Made by a program: the position numbers and the translations under genes. A stretch of DNA of 64,000 nt from NCBI GenBank assembly GCA_046498265.1, contig JAWOBB010000034.1, forward strand, positions 503-64,502. Direction: 5' to 3'. Source of the stretch: Dehalococcoidia bacterium. GTDB lineage: Bacteria; Chloroflexota; Dehalococcoidia; SZUA-161; SpSt-899. A model generated the notes under the pieces. The model was not told the origin of the DNA. It did not search any database and was given only the letters and a program-made list of their open reading frames with translations. This document shows positions 28,262-38,803 of the stretch, piece after piece. The first letter of the stretch is position 1, and every line of letters begins with the position of its first letter.

Positions 28262-30613
28262 TTATTCCATTGTTTGAATGTTGTTTTCTCCCCACAGTCG
28301 GGCTACTTCGGCGGCCAGCGCCTGGTGTTCTGACTTTTGCAGTTTGGGGTCGACCCTGAAAAGCTGCTCGGCTTCCCGACGGGCGATTTCCAGGAGCTTC
28401 ACATCGGTGAGCCGGGCCATCTTGAGGTCGGGCAGTCCGCTCTGCCGGGTGCCGAAGAATTCACCCGGCCCCCGCATCTCGAGATCCTTTTCGGCCAGCA
28501 CGAATCCGTTGTGGGTCTGCTCCATGGTCGCCAGCCTTTCGCGTCCCTCCTCGGTGGGGTGATCCGCCAGCAGCATGCAGTAGGCCTGGTGACTGCTCCG
28601 CCAGATCCTTCCCCGGAACTGGTGAAGCTGTGAAAGCCCGAACCTCTCGGCACCTTCCACCATCATCACCGTGGCATTGGGAACATCGACCCCGACTTCG
28701 ACCACCGAGGTGGAGACCAGGACATCTATCTCGCCTGAGCGGAACTGCTGCATTACTTCTTCCTTGGCCGCACCGGACATGCGACCGTGCAGCAGGCCCA
28801 GCTTGAGATCAGGGAAAATTTCCCGGGAAAGCCGCTCGTATTCGGCGGTGGCTGCTCGTGCTTCACTGACTTCCGATTCCTCCACCAGCGGGCAGATGAT
28901 GTAGGCCTGGCGTCCCTGGCTCACCTGCTTGCGGATGAAATTGTAGCCGCTTTGTCTCTGCTTTGGCCCCAGCCACTTGGTCTTGATGGGCTGCCGGCCC
29001 GGCGGCAGCTCATCGATGAGCGAGATATCCATGTCGCCGTACAGGGTCAGCGCCAGGGTTCGGGGAATCGGGGTGGCGCTCATGGCCAGCATGTGGGGGC
29101 TGATGCCTTTCTGATTGAGGGCCAGGCGCTGCATCACCCCGAAGCGGTGCTGCTCGTCCACCACCGCCAGCGCCAGTTGCTTGAATTCTACTTTCTGCTG
29201 GATGAGGGCCTGGGTGCCGATGAGGATATCGACCTCGCCGGCGGAGACCTTTTGCTGAAGCTCCCTTTTCCCTTTCTGGCGCAGGCTGCCGGTCATCAAT
29301 CCAAGGGTAATTGGCCTGCCCAGGACAGAATCAAAGGAGCGAATAATACCTTCGCCGCCCCGATCTCCCAGCAACTGGCAGATGCCGTTGAAATGCTGCT
29401 CGGCCAGTATCTCGGTGGGGGCCATCAGGGCAGCCTGCTCCCCTTGTGCGACGGCCGCCAGCATGGCGGCGGTGGCCACCACCGTCTTGCCACTGCCCAC
29501 ATCCCCGTGGAGCAGCCGGCTCATGGGTTTGGACCGGGTCAGGTCGGCCTTCACCTCATTCAAGGCCCGTTTCTGCGCCCCGGTCAGCTCGAAGGGCAGG
29601 CCGGCGGTGAATTTCTCGAGATAACCGGCTCCCTTATCCAGCTTTATTCCCCGGGCGATTTCCTGACGCTGGCGCTTTTTAGAAAGCACCCCGATCTGGA
29701 TGAGGAACAGCTCGTCGAAGGCAAGCCTCCTCCTGGCTACCCATCGTGAGGACTCGTCCTGAGGATAATGGGCCTGGCGGATGGCTTCCTCGAGTCCCAT
29801 CAACCTGGCGTTTTTCCTGACCGGCCGGGGCAGAAAATCCTCCAACCGGGGAAGGTACAAGTCGAGAGCCTGCTTAACCAGCCGGCGCACCTGGCGGGGG
29901 TAAAGGCCCTCGGTGAGCGGGTAAACGGGGATAAACTGCCCGTACTGGAGAATATCTTCCCGGTCAAGGATTTCATAGGAACTTGGCTGGAATGTACGGT
30001 TTCCTCTCCAGACGGTGGCCTTGCCGCTGATAATCAGGCTGGTGCTGGGGGTGAATTTGGGCAGCAGGTAAGGCTGATTGAAGAAGTTGACCTTCATAGT
30101 GGCGGTATCGTCGCCGACGATTACCTCGATGATGTCCATCCGCCGAGCCCGTTTCCTGGTGGCCTGCCAGACCTTGACCATGATGGTCTGTTCGATTTCC
30201 GGCTGCAGCCTGGCGATGGGCGTGGGCGAGCTGTAATCGATGTGGCGGCGGGGGAAAAAGTAGAGGAGGTCTCTAATGGCGGTTATGCCCAGCTTTTCAA
30301 ATTTGGGTACCAGTTTGGTGCTTATCCCTTTGAGGCTGCTGATGGGGGAATCGAGGGAGGTGGGGGGTTTTGGGGGTTTGGGTGGGGTGGCGGGTTTCTT
30401 TTTGGCGGAGGGGATGCCGGACAGCGAATCAATCCACTGCTCCCGCTCCGCAGGCGTCAATCCTCTATAGCTTGGATAAGGCAGGCGAATTTGTTCGGGG
30501 TGTTCTTTTGCAAAGCGGGCCAGGAACTTATCCAGGCCGCCGCTGACCGCTTTATCGGCAAAGCCTCTGGAGCGTTCCAGTTCCAGGATTTTATCAAGCT
30601 GTTTGAAATCCAA
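28262..30613 (-). CDS. recG: ATP-dependent DNA helicase RecG
   Basis: GDVGSGKT, DEQHRFG, SATPIPRT, QLHQFRGR, RGPGEFFG. Confidence 0.95.
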   Translation of the reverse strand: MDFKQLDKILELERSRGFADKAVSGGLDKFLARFAKEHPEQIRLPYPSYRGLTPAEREQWIDSLSGIPSAKKKPATPPKPPKPPTSLDSPISSLKGISTKLVPKFEKLGITAIRDLLYFFPRRHIDYSSPTPIARLQPEIEQTIMVKVWQATRKRARRMDIIEVIVGDDTATMKVNFFNQPYLLPKFTPSTSLIISGKATVWRGNRTFQPSSYEILDREDILQYGQFIPVYPLTEGLYPRQVRRLVKQALDLYLPRLEDFLPRPVRKNARLMGLEEAIRQAHYPQDESSRWVARRRLAFDELFLIQIGVLSKKRQRQEIARGIKLDKGAGYLEKFTAGLPFELTGAQKRALNEVKADLTRSKPMSRLLHGDVGSGKTVVATAAMLAAVAQGEQAALMAPTEILAEQHFNGICQLLGDRGGEGIIRSFDSVLGRPITLGLMTGSLRQKGKRELQQKVSAGEVDILIGTQALIQQKVEFKQLALAVVDEQHRFGVMQRLALNQKGISPHMLAMSATPIPRTLALTLYGDMDISLIDELPPGRQPIKTKWLGPKQRQSGYNFIRKQVSQGRQAYIICPLVEESEVSEARAATAEYERLSREIFPDLKLGLLHGRMSGAAKEEVMQQFRSGEIDVLVSTSVVEVGVDVPNATVMMVEGAERFGLSQLHQFRGRIWRSSHQAYCMLLADHPTEEGRERLATMEQTHNGFVLAEKDLEMRGPGEFFGTRQSGLPDLKMARLTDVKLLEIARREAEQLFRVDPKLQKSEHQALAAEVARLWGENNIQTME

Positions 30614-30617
30614 TTTT

Positions 30618-31478
30618 TCAATCTGTGTGCTCAGGATGGGAGTCTTTTTCGATAACCCCGATGGCGATTGCCCCCGGGCCCAGGTATGTTCCGATTACCG
30701 GGCCGATCCTCGATTGATATATCCTGTCTTTTTCGAAAACGGCCGCCATCCTTTCGGTGAGGGCGGCGGCTTCGGCGGGGATGGTGCTGTGCAGGATGGT
30801 CATCTCTTCGATTCCCCCAAAGCCCTGTACCATTTCCGAGAGCCGGGCCAGAGCCTTCTTCTGCGTACGGGCTTTACCTTTCGGCTGCACCTCTCCACCT
30901 CCGGTACCTATCAGCGGCTTGATGCTCAGCAGGGTACCCATCAGGGCCTGGGCCCTGCCGATGCGGCCTCCCTTGTGCAGGTATTCCAGCGTGTCGACCA
31001 TGCCGAAGAGATGAGTGCGCGGGATTAACCCATGGGTTAATTCGAGGGCTTCCTCGAGGCCTGCCCCCTCCCGGACAGCCTCGGCTGCCTTGATGATGAT
31101 TAGCCCCAGTCCCATCGAGGCCTGGAGCGAATCGATTATCTCGATCCGGCAACCGGAGTTCATCGCCTCCCGGGCCAGCAGCGCCGAATTGAGGGTGCCG
31201 CTGAGTTTGGGGGAAATGTGGATGGAAAGGATTTCGTCCGTCTGGTTGCTGATGGTGTTGTAAACTTCGGTGAAGGCTGCCGGGGTGGGCTGGGAGGTGG
31301 TGGGGAGGTACCTGCTGCGGGCCAGTTTTTCATAGAACTCGTCGGCTTTCAGATCAACCCCGTCGAGGTAGGTATCTCTGCCGAAGTTTACGCTCAGGGG
31401 AACGACCGTTATGCCCAGCGATTGAACCAGTGATTCGGGCAGGTCTGCAGTGCTGTCGGTGACTATCTTTACCGCCAA
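30618..31478 (-). CDS. DegV family fatty-acid-binding protein (FakB-like)
   Basis: IVTDSTADL, TTSQP, LSGT, KGGRIG. Confidence 0.9.
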   Translation of the reverse strand: MAVKIVTDSTADLPESLVQSLGITVVPLSVNFGRDTYLDGVDLKADEFYEKLARSRYLPTTSQPTPAAFTEVYNTISNQTDEILSIHISPKLSGTLNSALLAREAMNSGCRIEIIDSLQASMGLGLIIIKAAEAVREGAGLEEALELTHGLIPRTHLFGMVDTLEYLHKGGRIGRAQALMGTLLSIKPLIGTGGGEVQPKGKARTQKKALARLSEMVQGFGGIEEMTILHSTIPAEAAALTERMAAVFEKDRIYQSRIGPVIGTYLGPGAIAIGVIEKDSHPEHTD

Positions 31479-31490
31479 GAGAAGCCCTCG

Positions 31491-33119
31491 TCATTCCGCG
31501 GAGATGAGGTAATGATAATGAGGCTGACCCCCGAAGACCACTTCCACCTCGAGATTGGGGTATCGGGAGCGGACAGGGGCAAACAGCTCTTCGGCTTCGG
31601 CCCAGTCTATGCCGTTCCCGTAATAGACAGTCAGGATTTCACAGTTGGTTATGTCCATTCCATCCAGAAGCCGGGGCAGGACCTCCTGCGGGGTGGATGC
31701 CGCTACGGTAAGCTCATCGTCCACAAAGCCGATTACCTCTCCTTCGGTTACCGGCAGGTCGTTGTATTGCATGGAGCGCATGGCGGTGGCGATTCGGCCG
31801 GTACGGACGTTGGCCATCTCCCCGGTCATCGCCTCTATGTTGTCTTCAAAACTGTCTTCAAAGTTGAAGGCCACCAGGGCGGTGATTCCCTGCATGATGG
31901 TACGGCTTGGCACGATGGCCACTTTCTTTTCCGCCATCTCGCATACTTTCTGAGCCGAAGGGAAGATATCGGGGTTGTTGGGCAGGATAATCACCTCATT
32001 GGTGGGGACAGCTTCCACAGCTTTAAGCAGTTCCTCAACGCTGGGATTCATGGTCTCGCCGCCGGGGACCACGTGGGTTGCCCCCAGGCTCCTGAACACC
32101 TCGACCAGCCCCTCTCCGGAAGCGACCGTGATGGTGGAGATACTGCCCTGCGGTTTCTGAGTCTCTTCGGATTGGCTGGTGAGGAATTCCTGGTGCTGCT
32201 CTTCCATGTTGTCGATTTTAATCCGGTGCAGTGTCCCTAAGCCGGTCGCGTAAGACAGTACTGCCCCCGGATCGAATGTGTGCACATGTATCCTGGCGGT
32301 TCTCTCATCCCCTACTACCAGGACGTGCTCTCCCAGCTCACGGATTCTGGCTTTCATGGCTTCCAGGTCGAGCCCATTACCCTGGAGGAGGAATTCGGTG
32401 CAGTAGCCGTATTCGATGTTATCCCCTTCCTCTTTGGGAACGATGTTATTTACCTGCAGTCCGGCGGGCAGAGGCCCTTCCTCTGCTATCTCTTTACCCT
32501 GCAGGTAAGCCAGCACACCTTCCAGGATTATGTACAGTCCCTGCCCGCCCGCATCCACTACCCCCGATTCCCGCAGCACGGGCAGCAAATCCGGGGTTCT
32601 CTCCACGGATGCCCGGGCTTCGTTAACTGCGGTTTCGATTATTCCTGGTAGACCTTCGTGGTTTTGGGAGGATGCCGCTTTTGCCGCTGAAGCCGCCTCG
32701 CGCATGACGGTGAGGATGGTCCCCTCCGTTGGCTGGCTGACTGCTTTATCAGCCATGAGAGACGCCTGAAGAAGGGCGTCGGCTATATCAGATGAGGAGA
32801 AAGATTCCTTCCCTTCCAGCGTCTGAGCCAGCCCGCGCAGTATCTGGGAGAGGATAACCCCGCTGTTGCCCCGGGCCCCCATGAGGGCCCCTTTGGCCAT
32901 CGCCCGGGCCACCCCTGAGGCGTCGTTGTCCGGGCAGAGGTTGGCCTCTACCATGGCTGACTGCATGGTCAGGAACATGTTGGTGCCGGTATCACCATCG
33001 GGAACAGGGAAGACGTTAAGTGTGTTGATGGCCGAAGAATTTGCGCTGAGCAGCCTGGTGCCGACCCGAAACATCTCCCGAAGGTTTTTCCCGTTCCAGC
33101 TATCCTGTTGCATAGTCAT
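31491..33119 (-). CDS. DAK2-domain fatty acid kinase subunit (FakA-like)
   Basis: LNVFPVPDGDTGTNM, GARGNSG, YGYCTEF, GGQPHY. Start uncertain. Confidence 0.9.
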   Translation of the reverse strand: MTMQQDSWNGKNLREMFRVGTRLLSANSSAINTLNVFPVPDGDTGTNMFLTMQSAMVEANLCPDNDASGVARAMAKGALMGARGNSGVILSQILRGLAQTLEGKESFSSSDIADALLQASLMADKAVSQPTEGTILTVMREAASAAKAASSQNHEGLPGIIETAVNEARASVERTPDLLPVLRESGVVDAGGQGLYIILEGVLAYLQGKEIAEEGPLPAGLQVNNIVPKEEGDNIEYGYCTEFLLQGNGLDLEAMKARIRELGEHVLVVGDERTARIHVHTFDPGAVLSYATGLGTLHRIKIDNMEEQHQEFLTSQSEETQKPQGSISTITVASGEGLVEVFRSLGATHVVPGGETMNPSVEELLKAVEAVPTNEVIILPNNPDIFPSAQKVCEMAEKKVAIVPSRTIMQGITALVAFNFEDSFEDNIEAMTGEMANVRTGRIATAMRSMQYNDLPVTEGEVIGFVDDELTVAASTPQEVLPRLLDGMDITNCEILTVYYGNGIDWAEAEELFAPVRSRYPNLEVEVVFGGQPHYHYLISAE

Positions 33120-33254
33120 CGCCGCATTACCGGTTTGCCAGACCCGGCACAATTATGATATTCTTTGAGAGATGCGCTAGGCAGCTCTATTTTACAGAGT
33201 TTACTTAAGTGCATTTTACAGCAAAGCAATTTGATAAGTCAAAGGAATTGAACC

Positions 33255-33437
33255 ATGAAGTGTGAGATTTGCGGCAAAAGCAGGCAGTTCGGGCATAGAG
33301 TCAGCCACTCCATGCACCACACCAACCGGCAGTGGCGGCCCAATATCCAGAAAACTACCGTCATGGTAGACGGTAAGAAAAAGCGGATTAACATCTGCAC
33401 CCGGTGCCTGCGCACCCAGATGAAAGCTATGGCCTAG
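33255..33437 (+). CDS. rpmB: 50S ribosomal protein L28
   Basis: CEICGK...GHRVSHS...WRPNIQ...CTRCLR. Confidence 0.95.
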   Translation: MKCEICGKSRQFGHRVSHSMHHTNRQWRPNIQKTTVMVDGKKKRINICTRCLRTQMKAMA

Positions 33438-34105
33438 ACGGCCGAGGCGATACTGTTGCGGATCCGTTCCATGGCCTCGGGGACGGATTCTTTTTTGTTA
33501 AAAACCCCGGACCCCGATACCAGCACCCGGGCCCCCGCCTTCACCACCTCCCTGGCGTTCTCGGCCTTGACCCCGCCGTCCACCTCCAGTTCCACGGAGA
33601 GGTTTCTCTCATCCAGCATCTTGCGCAAACGGGCAATCTTGTCCAGCCCCTCGGGGATAAAGCTCTGGCCCCCGTAACCCGGATTGACGGTCATAACTAC
33701 TACTATATCGAGTAAAGGCAGTATCTCTTCGATGGCATCGAGCGGGGTCGCCGGATTGAGCGCCACGCCAGCTTTTGCACCCAGTTCCTTTATTTGTGTT
33801 ATCACCCGGTGCAGATGTTTGCAGGCTTCCACGTGAACCGTGATGAAATCGGCGCCGGCCTCGGCGAAGCTCTCAAGCTGCCTCTCGGGGGTGTTGATCA
33901 TCAGGTGCACATCAAGGGGAAGGCTGGTATGAGGGCGAATCGCCCTGACCAGTTCATCGCCGAAAGTTATGGGAGGGACGAACTGGCCGTCCATTACATC
34001 GATGTGAATATAATCGGCACCGGCCCCGGTTGCCTCCCTGACCTGTTCGCCGAAGCGGGCGAAATCGGCCGAGAGAATCGAAGGGGCGATCTTGATCTCA
34101 CTCAT
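33434..34105 (-). CDS. rpe: Ribulose-phosphate 3-epimerase
   Basis: IAPSILSADF, HIDVMDG, DVHLM, VDGGV. Confidence 0.95.
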   Translation of the reverse strand: MSEIKIAPSILSADFARFGEQVREATGAGADYIHIDVMDGQFVPPITFGDELVRAIRPHTSLPLDVHLMINTPERQLESFAEAGADFITVHVEACKHLHRVITQIKELGAKAGVALNPATPLDAIEEILPLLDIVVVMTVNPGYGGQSFIPEGLDKIARLRKMLDERNLSVELEVDGGVKAENAREVVKAGARVLVSGSGVFNKKESVPEAMERIRNSIASAV

Positions 34106-35469
34106 TTAAGTCTTTCCTTTGCCTTTTTGAGCGCCTGCTCCACCTGTTCGGGAGCGGTGCCCCCGGGGATGTTGCGGGCTGAAATGGCGGACTCCACCGT
34201 AATAGAGTATACATCCTCTTCGAACAGGGGGGAAAGGGCCTGATACTCGGAGAGCGCAAGCTCCTCAAGTCCTTTGCCCTGGCCGATGGCAGACAGAACC
34301 AGTTTGCCCACAATCGCATGCGCCTGGCGGAAGGGCATTCCTTTCCTGACCAGGTAATCGGCCAGCTCGGTGGCCAGGGTGTAGTTTTCTCCCGCCGCCT
34401 GTCCCATGCGCTCCGAATTGAACTTGAGGGTCTTTACCATTCCGGCAAAAACATCAAGGGTGGATTCAAGGGTATCGGCCGTATCGAAAAAGGATTCCTT
34501 ATCTTCCTGCAGGTCCCGGTTGTAGGCCAGAGGCAGCCCTTTCATGGTGGTGAGCATGGCCATCAGGTTCCCGTAGACCCGGCCGGTCTTGCCCCGGGCC
34601 AGCTCGGCAACATCGGGGTTCTTCTTCTGGGGCATGATGCTGGAGCTGGTGGCATAGGCATCGTCGATTTCCACGAATCCGAATTCGGCCGACGACCACA
34701 GGATCAATTCCTCGGCCAGCCGGGAGAGGTGCACCATGGCAATGGCGGCTGAGGCCTGATATTCGATGAGGAAATCGCGGTCCGAGACGGCATCCAGGCT
34801 GTTGGGGCTCATTTGTTCGAATCCCAGCCCCCGGGCCACCTCCTCCCGGTTCACATCATATGGTATCCCGGCCAGGGCGCCGCTGCCCAGCGGCGAGACA
34901 TCGGTGCGGGCGTAACAGTCTTTGAATCTGCCGATATCCCGCTGCAGCATCTCGAAATAGGCCAGCAGGTGATGGGCCAGCAGGACGGGCTGGGCTCGCT
35001 GTAAGTGGGTATAGCCGGGCATTACCACCGTTTTGTTTGCCTCGGCCACCTCTATAATGGCTCTCTGCAGACCCTTGAGCAGGCCGATGGTTGTGGTAAT
35101 CGTTTCTTTGGCAAACATACGGATATCGGTGGCGACCTGATCGTTTCGGGAACGAGCGGTATGGAGCTTTCCCGCCACATCCCCGATCTTTTGAGACAGC
35201 CGGTTCTCGATGTTCATGTGGATATCTTCCAGCCCGACATCAAATTCAAATATGCCATTTTCGATTTCCCCGCCGATTTCCTCCAGCCCGATGACGATCT
35301 TTTCCAGTTCGTCAGGTGAAATAACACCTGCGGCGGCCAGTTCCCGGGCGTGGACGATGGAGGCTGTGATATCATGCCTGTAGAGGCGCTGGTCGAAGGA
35401 GATGGATTCAGTGTAGGCCTGAACGGTTCTGTCGGTATCTTTTCCGAAGCGGGAGCGGAGCGGCTTCAT
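34102..35469 (-). CDS. argH: Argininosuccinate lyase
   Basis: HTARSRNDQ, PGYTHLQ, SSIMPQKKNPD. Confidence 0.95.
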   Translation of the reverse strand: MKPLRSRFGKDTDRTVQAYTESISFDQRLYRHDITASIVHARELAAAGVISPDELEKIVIGLEEIGGEIENGIFEFDVGLEDIHMNIENRLSQKIGDVAGKLHTARSRNDQVATDIRMFAKETITTTIGLLKGLQRAIIEVAEANKTVVMPGYTHLQRAQPVLLAHHLLAYFEMLQRDIGRFKDCYARTDVSPLGSGALAGIPYDVNREEVARGLGFEQMSPNSLDAVSDRDFLIEYQASAAIAMVHLSRLAEELILWSSAEFGFVEIDDAYATSSSIMPQKKNPDVAELARGKTGRVYGNLMAMLTTMKGLPLAYNRDLQEDKESFFDTADTLESTLDVFAGMVKTLKFNSERMGQAAGENYTLATELADYLVRKGMPFRQAHAIVGKLVLSAIGQGKGLEELALSEYQALSPLFEEDVYSITVESAISARNIPGGTAPEQVEQALKKAKERLK

Positions 35470-35482
35470 AATCTTTGGTGGT

Positions 35483-35511
35483 ATTATGCACCAATGAAAC
35501 GGACAGGTCAA
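35483..35511 (-). promoter_or_regulatory. Probable argH promoter with a very short leader
   Basis: Minus strand TTGACC-N17-CATAAT, 13 nt before the ATG. Confidence 0.5.
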
Positions 35512-35660
35512 GATGCAATGTGAAAATATTGCTTAAATGAGCATTAAATCATAGAATGGAAGGGATACCGGCAGACCGGGATGGCGGGTTATTTTGAGGG
35601 AGTTAACAGGGTGTGGCTTGACTTAAGCAGAGCTTCAGTTATACTCTTTGATAAAGAGTA

Positions 35661-36320
35661 ATGGAAGAGGAAATCACTCCGTCGTTGGAGGAAGATTCTC
35701 TCCAGGCCGGAACAGCCGAGGTTCATACCGGTGCCTTCAAAAAGTCCCTCCTCCAGCACCAGAGAGCCTTATATATAGGGCTCATTATACTTGCTGTCGG
35801 GATCGTAGTCTCCATCACGTTCCTCGTTGACAGGCCTCGTAATTTTGAGGATTACCTTGAAAGCTCCGGTTATGCAGGTGTTTTTCTCATGGCATTGATC
35901 GGCAGTTCATCCCCCGTCTGGCCTTTGCCAGGTTCCTGGGCGGTGTTTATTGGTGCCGGCCTCGGATTGAACCCCATAATCATAACCCTGCTGGCCGGGC
36001 TCGGAGAGACTATAGGGGAGTCGACTGCCTACGGGGCAGGTTATGGGGGGCAAGTGGTAATTACCAGCATTAAAGGGTATGACAAGGTTGAGAACTGGAT
36101 GAAGCGCCGGGGTGGGATTATCCTGTTTCTGGTGTCGGCAATCCCAAATGTGCTTATCAAGGCAGCGGTAATATGTGCCGGGGCTCTGAGATACCCCTTC
36201 TGGAAATTCTTTATCTATGTCCTGGGAGGTAAAATTATCAAATCCGCCTTTTTTGCCATTACGGGAGCCTGCTTCTTCGAGCTTTTCTTCGAGCTTTTCG
36301 ACCGGTTTTTTGGAGGATAG
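35661..36320 (+). CDS. VTT/DedA (SNARE-associated) membrane protein
   Basis: Hydrophobic segments; G..IGE..AY..G, IPN...AG.LRYP.WKF...GK motifs. Confidence 0.8.
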   Translation: MEEEITPSLEEDSLQAGTAEVHTGAFKKSLLQHQRALYIGLIILAVGIVVSITFLVDRPRNFEDYLESSGYAGVFLMALIGSSSPVWPLPGSWAVFIGAGLGLNPIIITLLAGLGETIGESTAYGAGYGGQVVITSIKGYDKVENWMKRRGGIILFLVSAIPNVLIKAAVICAGALRYPFWKFFIYVLGGKIIKSAFFAITGACFFELFFELFDRFFGG

Positions 36321-36325
36321 TAGAT

Positions 36326-36811
36326 ATGGAAACACTGAGTATCGTTCTGATTGGAGTTACAGCCTTTCTGGTACTGGTTGTTGCCGGATTGCTCCTGCAG
36401 CCCAGGAAAATTGAGGTCCCCGAAATTTCGGAACTCGAGGAGAAGCTTCGATTTGCCCTGGCCTCCGAGACATCCATGAGAGAGGTCCAGAACAACCTTA
36501 AGGATCTCCCCAATCAGCTCCTGCTTTCCATAACGCGCAGCCTGGGTGCCCGCACCGGTAAGTTGAACGAGCTTATGGCAACCTTTGAACTGACCCAGTA
36601 TGACCGTCTTTTCTACCTCGGCGAGCCTGTCGATTTTATCGGCATCAAGTATGGGGAAGGAGTGGATTTCATCGAGGTGAAAACCGGGCGTTTCCGGCTC
36701 ACCGAGGATGAGAGGAAACTGCGGGATCTCATCGAGGAAGGTATGGTTAATTACATACCGCTCCAGGTGGAGCGTATAGGCATCGTTGAAGAGGTCGACA
36801 TCGAGCCGTAG
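36326..36811 (+). CDS. Membrane-anchored Holliday-junction-resolvase-like PD-(D/E)XK endonuclease
   Basis: N-terminal TM helix; LGEPVDFI...FIEVKTG...L..E. Confidence 0.7.
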   Translation: METLSIVLIGVTAFLVLVVAGLLLQPRKIEVPEISELEEKLRFALASETSMREVQNNLKDLPNQLLLSITRSLGARTGKLNELMATFELTQYDRLFYLGEPVDFIGIKYGEGVDFIEVKTGRFRLTEDERKLRDLIEEGMVNYIPLQVERIGIVEEVDIEP

Positions 36812-36866
36812 CGTAATCCTTCGGCGTATCCCATGAGCGAGGTTGAAGGCTGGCTCTGGTAAACTC

Positions 36867-38525
36867 TCACATTCGCTCCGGGGCTCCCATTCCCATCAGG
36901 TGCAAGGTCCTGGCCATGACAGTCCGGGCAGCCTCCACCAGTTTGAGACGGGCCCGGGTCAACTCTTCGTCCTCACCGATGACCCGGCACTTCTCGTAGA
37001 AATTGTGGAAGGAGGTGGCCAGCTCCTGGGCGTAATAGGGCAGGTGCTGAGGCTCCAGGCTGAGGGCCACCAGTTCCAGGATCTCCCCGAATACGAGCAG
37101 CTTTTTGATAAGTTCAATCTCTGCTTCTTCCCCCAGCCGCGAGACGTCCCCGCTGGAATAATCGATTCCCTTATCTTTAGCCAGGCGCATAATGCCGGCA
37201 ATTCGGGCATGGCCGTACTGGACATAATATACCGGGTTGTCCAGCGATTGCTTCTTGGCCAGCTCCAGGTCGAAATCCATCTGGCTGTTGGCCGAACGGG
37301 AAAGGAAGAAAAAGCGGCAGACATCGACTCCCACCTCATCAATCAGTTCGCGGAGGGTAATAATATCCCCGGTGCGCTTGGAAACCTTGACCACCTCATC
37401 TCCCCGCCGCAGGCTCACCATCTGGGAGAGGATTATCTGGAGCCTTTCCGGGGATATGCCCAGCGCCGCCATGGCTGCTTTCATGCGGGAGACGTGCCCC
37501 TGATGATCGGCCCCCCAGATATCGATCACCCGGGCGAATTTGCGCCTCATGAATTTGTCGTAGTGATAGGCGATATCGGCAGCGAAATAGGTGGGCATTC
37601 CGTCGGAACGAATCAGCACGTTGTCCTTGTCCTCGCCCAGTTCGGTGGAGACCAGCCAGAGTGCCCCTTCCTTCTCCTCGACGTGGTTGCCCTGTTTGAA
37701 CATATCCAGCACCCGGCCCAGTTCCCCCGAATCGTGGATTTCCCGCTGCTCGCTGAACCAGTTATCGAACTCGACCCCCAGTTCCTTGAGATCGTCATCT
37801 ATTAATTTGAGGATTCGTTCCATGCCGATGTGCCCCAGCTCTGTGAGGGCCTCTTCGGCGGGCATGTTCAAAAAAGCATCTTCTTTTTCCCTGGCGATGT
37901 CAGCGGCCAGCTCGATCATGTACTCGCCGTGGTACCCGTCGGCGGGCATTTCGGCGGGCTGGCCCAGCGCCTGCCGGTATCGGGCATAGATTGATGAGTA
38001 AAAGTTCTGCATCTGGTTGCCGGCGTCGTTGACATAATATTCCTTTTCCACTTCGTATCCGGTGGCGTTCAGAACATTGGCGAGTGTGCTGCCGAGCACC
38101 GCACCGCGCCCGTGTCCGACGTGCAGCGGCCCGGTGGGATTGACGCTGACGAATTCCAGTTGCAGTCGAGTCCCCCTGCCTGTTTCCGAATTGCCGTAGC
38201 TTTCGCCCTCTTTCAGGATTTCGTCCACCCGGCCGGCCAGCCACTCATTGCTTAAGGAGAAATTGATGAAACCGGGTTTCATGACTGAAACGCTGACGCC
38301 GTCTATTGGGGGGAGAGTGGCTTTAATAGCTTCGGCGATTTCGAGGGGATTCATCTTAGCGGCGCGGGCCAGCTTCATGGCCACGGTGGCGGCATAATCG
38401 CCGTGCCCAGGGTTCTGCGGGTGCTCGAGGATGACCTCGGGCAGAGTCACTTGAGGGATCAACCCCTGCTGCTGTGCCCGGGCGGCCGCTTCGGCCAGGA
38501 TACCGGCGATGGTGTCTCTAATCAT
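36867..38525 (-). CDS. argS: Arginine--tRNA ligase
   Basis: EFVSVNPTGPLHVGHGRG, WGADHQG, NPVYYVQYGHAR. Start trimmed to MIRDTI, downstream of a TATAAT. Confidence 0.95.
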   Translation of the reverse strand: MIRDTIAGILAEAAARAQQQGLIPQVTLPEVILEHPQNPGHGDYAATVAMKLARAAKMNPLEIAEAIKATLPPIDGVSVSVMKPGFINFSLSNEWLAGRVDEILKEGESYGNSETGRGTRLQLEFVSVNPTGPLHVGHGRGAVLGSTLANVLNATGYEVEKEYYVNDAGNQMQNFYSSIYARYRQALGQPAEMPADGYHGEYMIELAADIAREKEDAFLNMPAEEALTELGHIGMERILKLIDDDLKELGVEFDNWFSEQREIHDSGELGRVLDMFKQGNHVEEKEGALWLVSTELGEDKDNVLIRSDGMPTYFAADIAYHYDKFMRRKFARVIDIWGADHQGHVSRMKAAMAALGISPERLQIILSQMVSLRRGDEVVKVSKRTGDIITLRELIDEVGVDVCRFFFLSRSANSQMDFDLELAKKQSLDNPVYYVQYGHARIAGIMRLAKDKGIDYSSGDVSRLGEEAEIELIKKLLVFGEILELVALSLEPQHLPYYAQELATSFHNFYEKCRVIGEDEELTRARLKLVEAARTVMARTLHLMGMGAPERM

Positions 38526-38587
38526 TACAAACGCTACCATTATACAGGCGGGCGATTGAACGAGGCAAGGGAACGGGGTCTTGGAAG

Positions 38588-38803
38588 CTAATCCGATGGT
38601 TCGATGTATTCCCCCAATATCTTGCGGGCTTCGGCGACCTGATCTTCGGGGACCATCACCCGGCAGGGAAGGGCGGAGACTCCCATGAACGAGACCGCAT
38701 CCCGGGGTTCGATCATGGCGGTGAGATCTTCCTGAAGGAGGATGTCGCACCATATCTCGGCGGTGATCTGGTCCGGGGCCACTGCCATCACTTCCCACTT
38801 CAT
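38588..38803 (-). CDS. DUF2007-like small protein
   Basis: AEIWCDIL...RVMVPEDQVAEARKIL pattern; overlaps the upstream stop. Confidence 0.6.
   Translation of the reverse strand: MKWEVMAVAPDQITAEIWCDILLQEDLTAMIEPRDAVSFMGVSALPCRVMVPEDQVAEARKILGEYIEPSD

Noticed and set aside
35512-35560. Possible ARG box upstream of argH
   Set aside because: AT-rich but only a weak match to the palindromic consensus.
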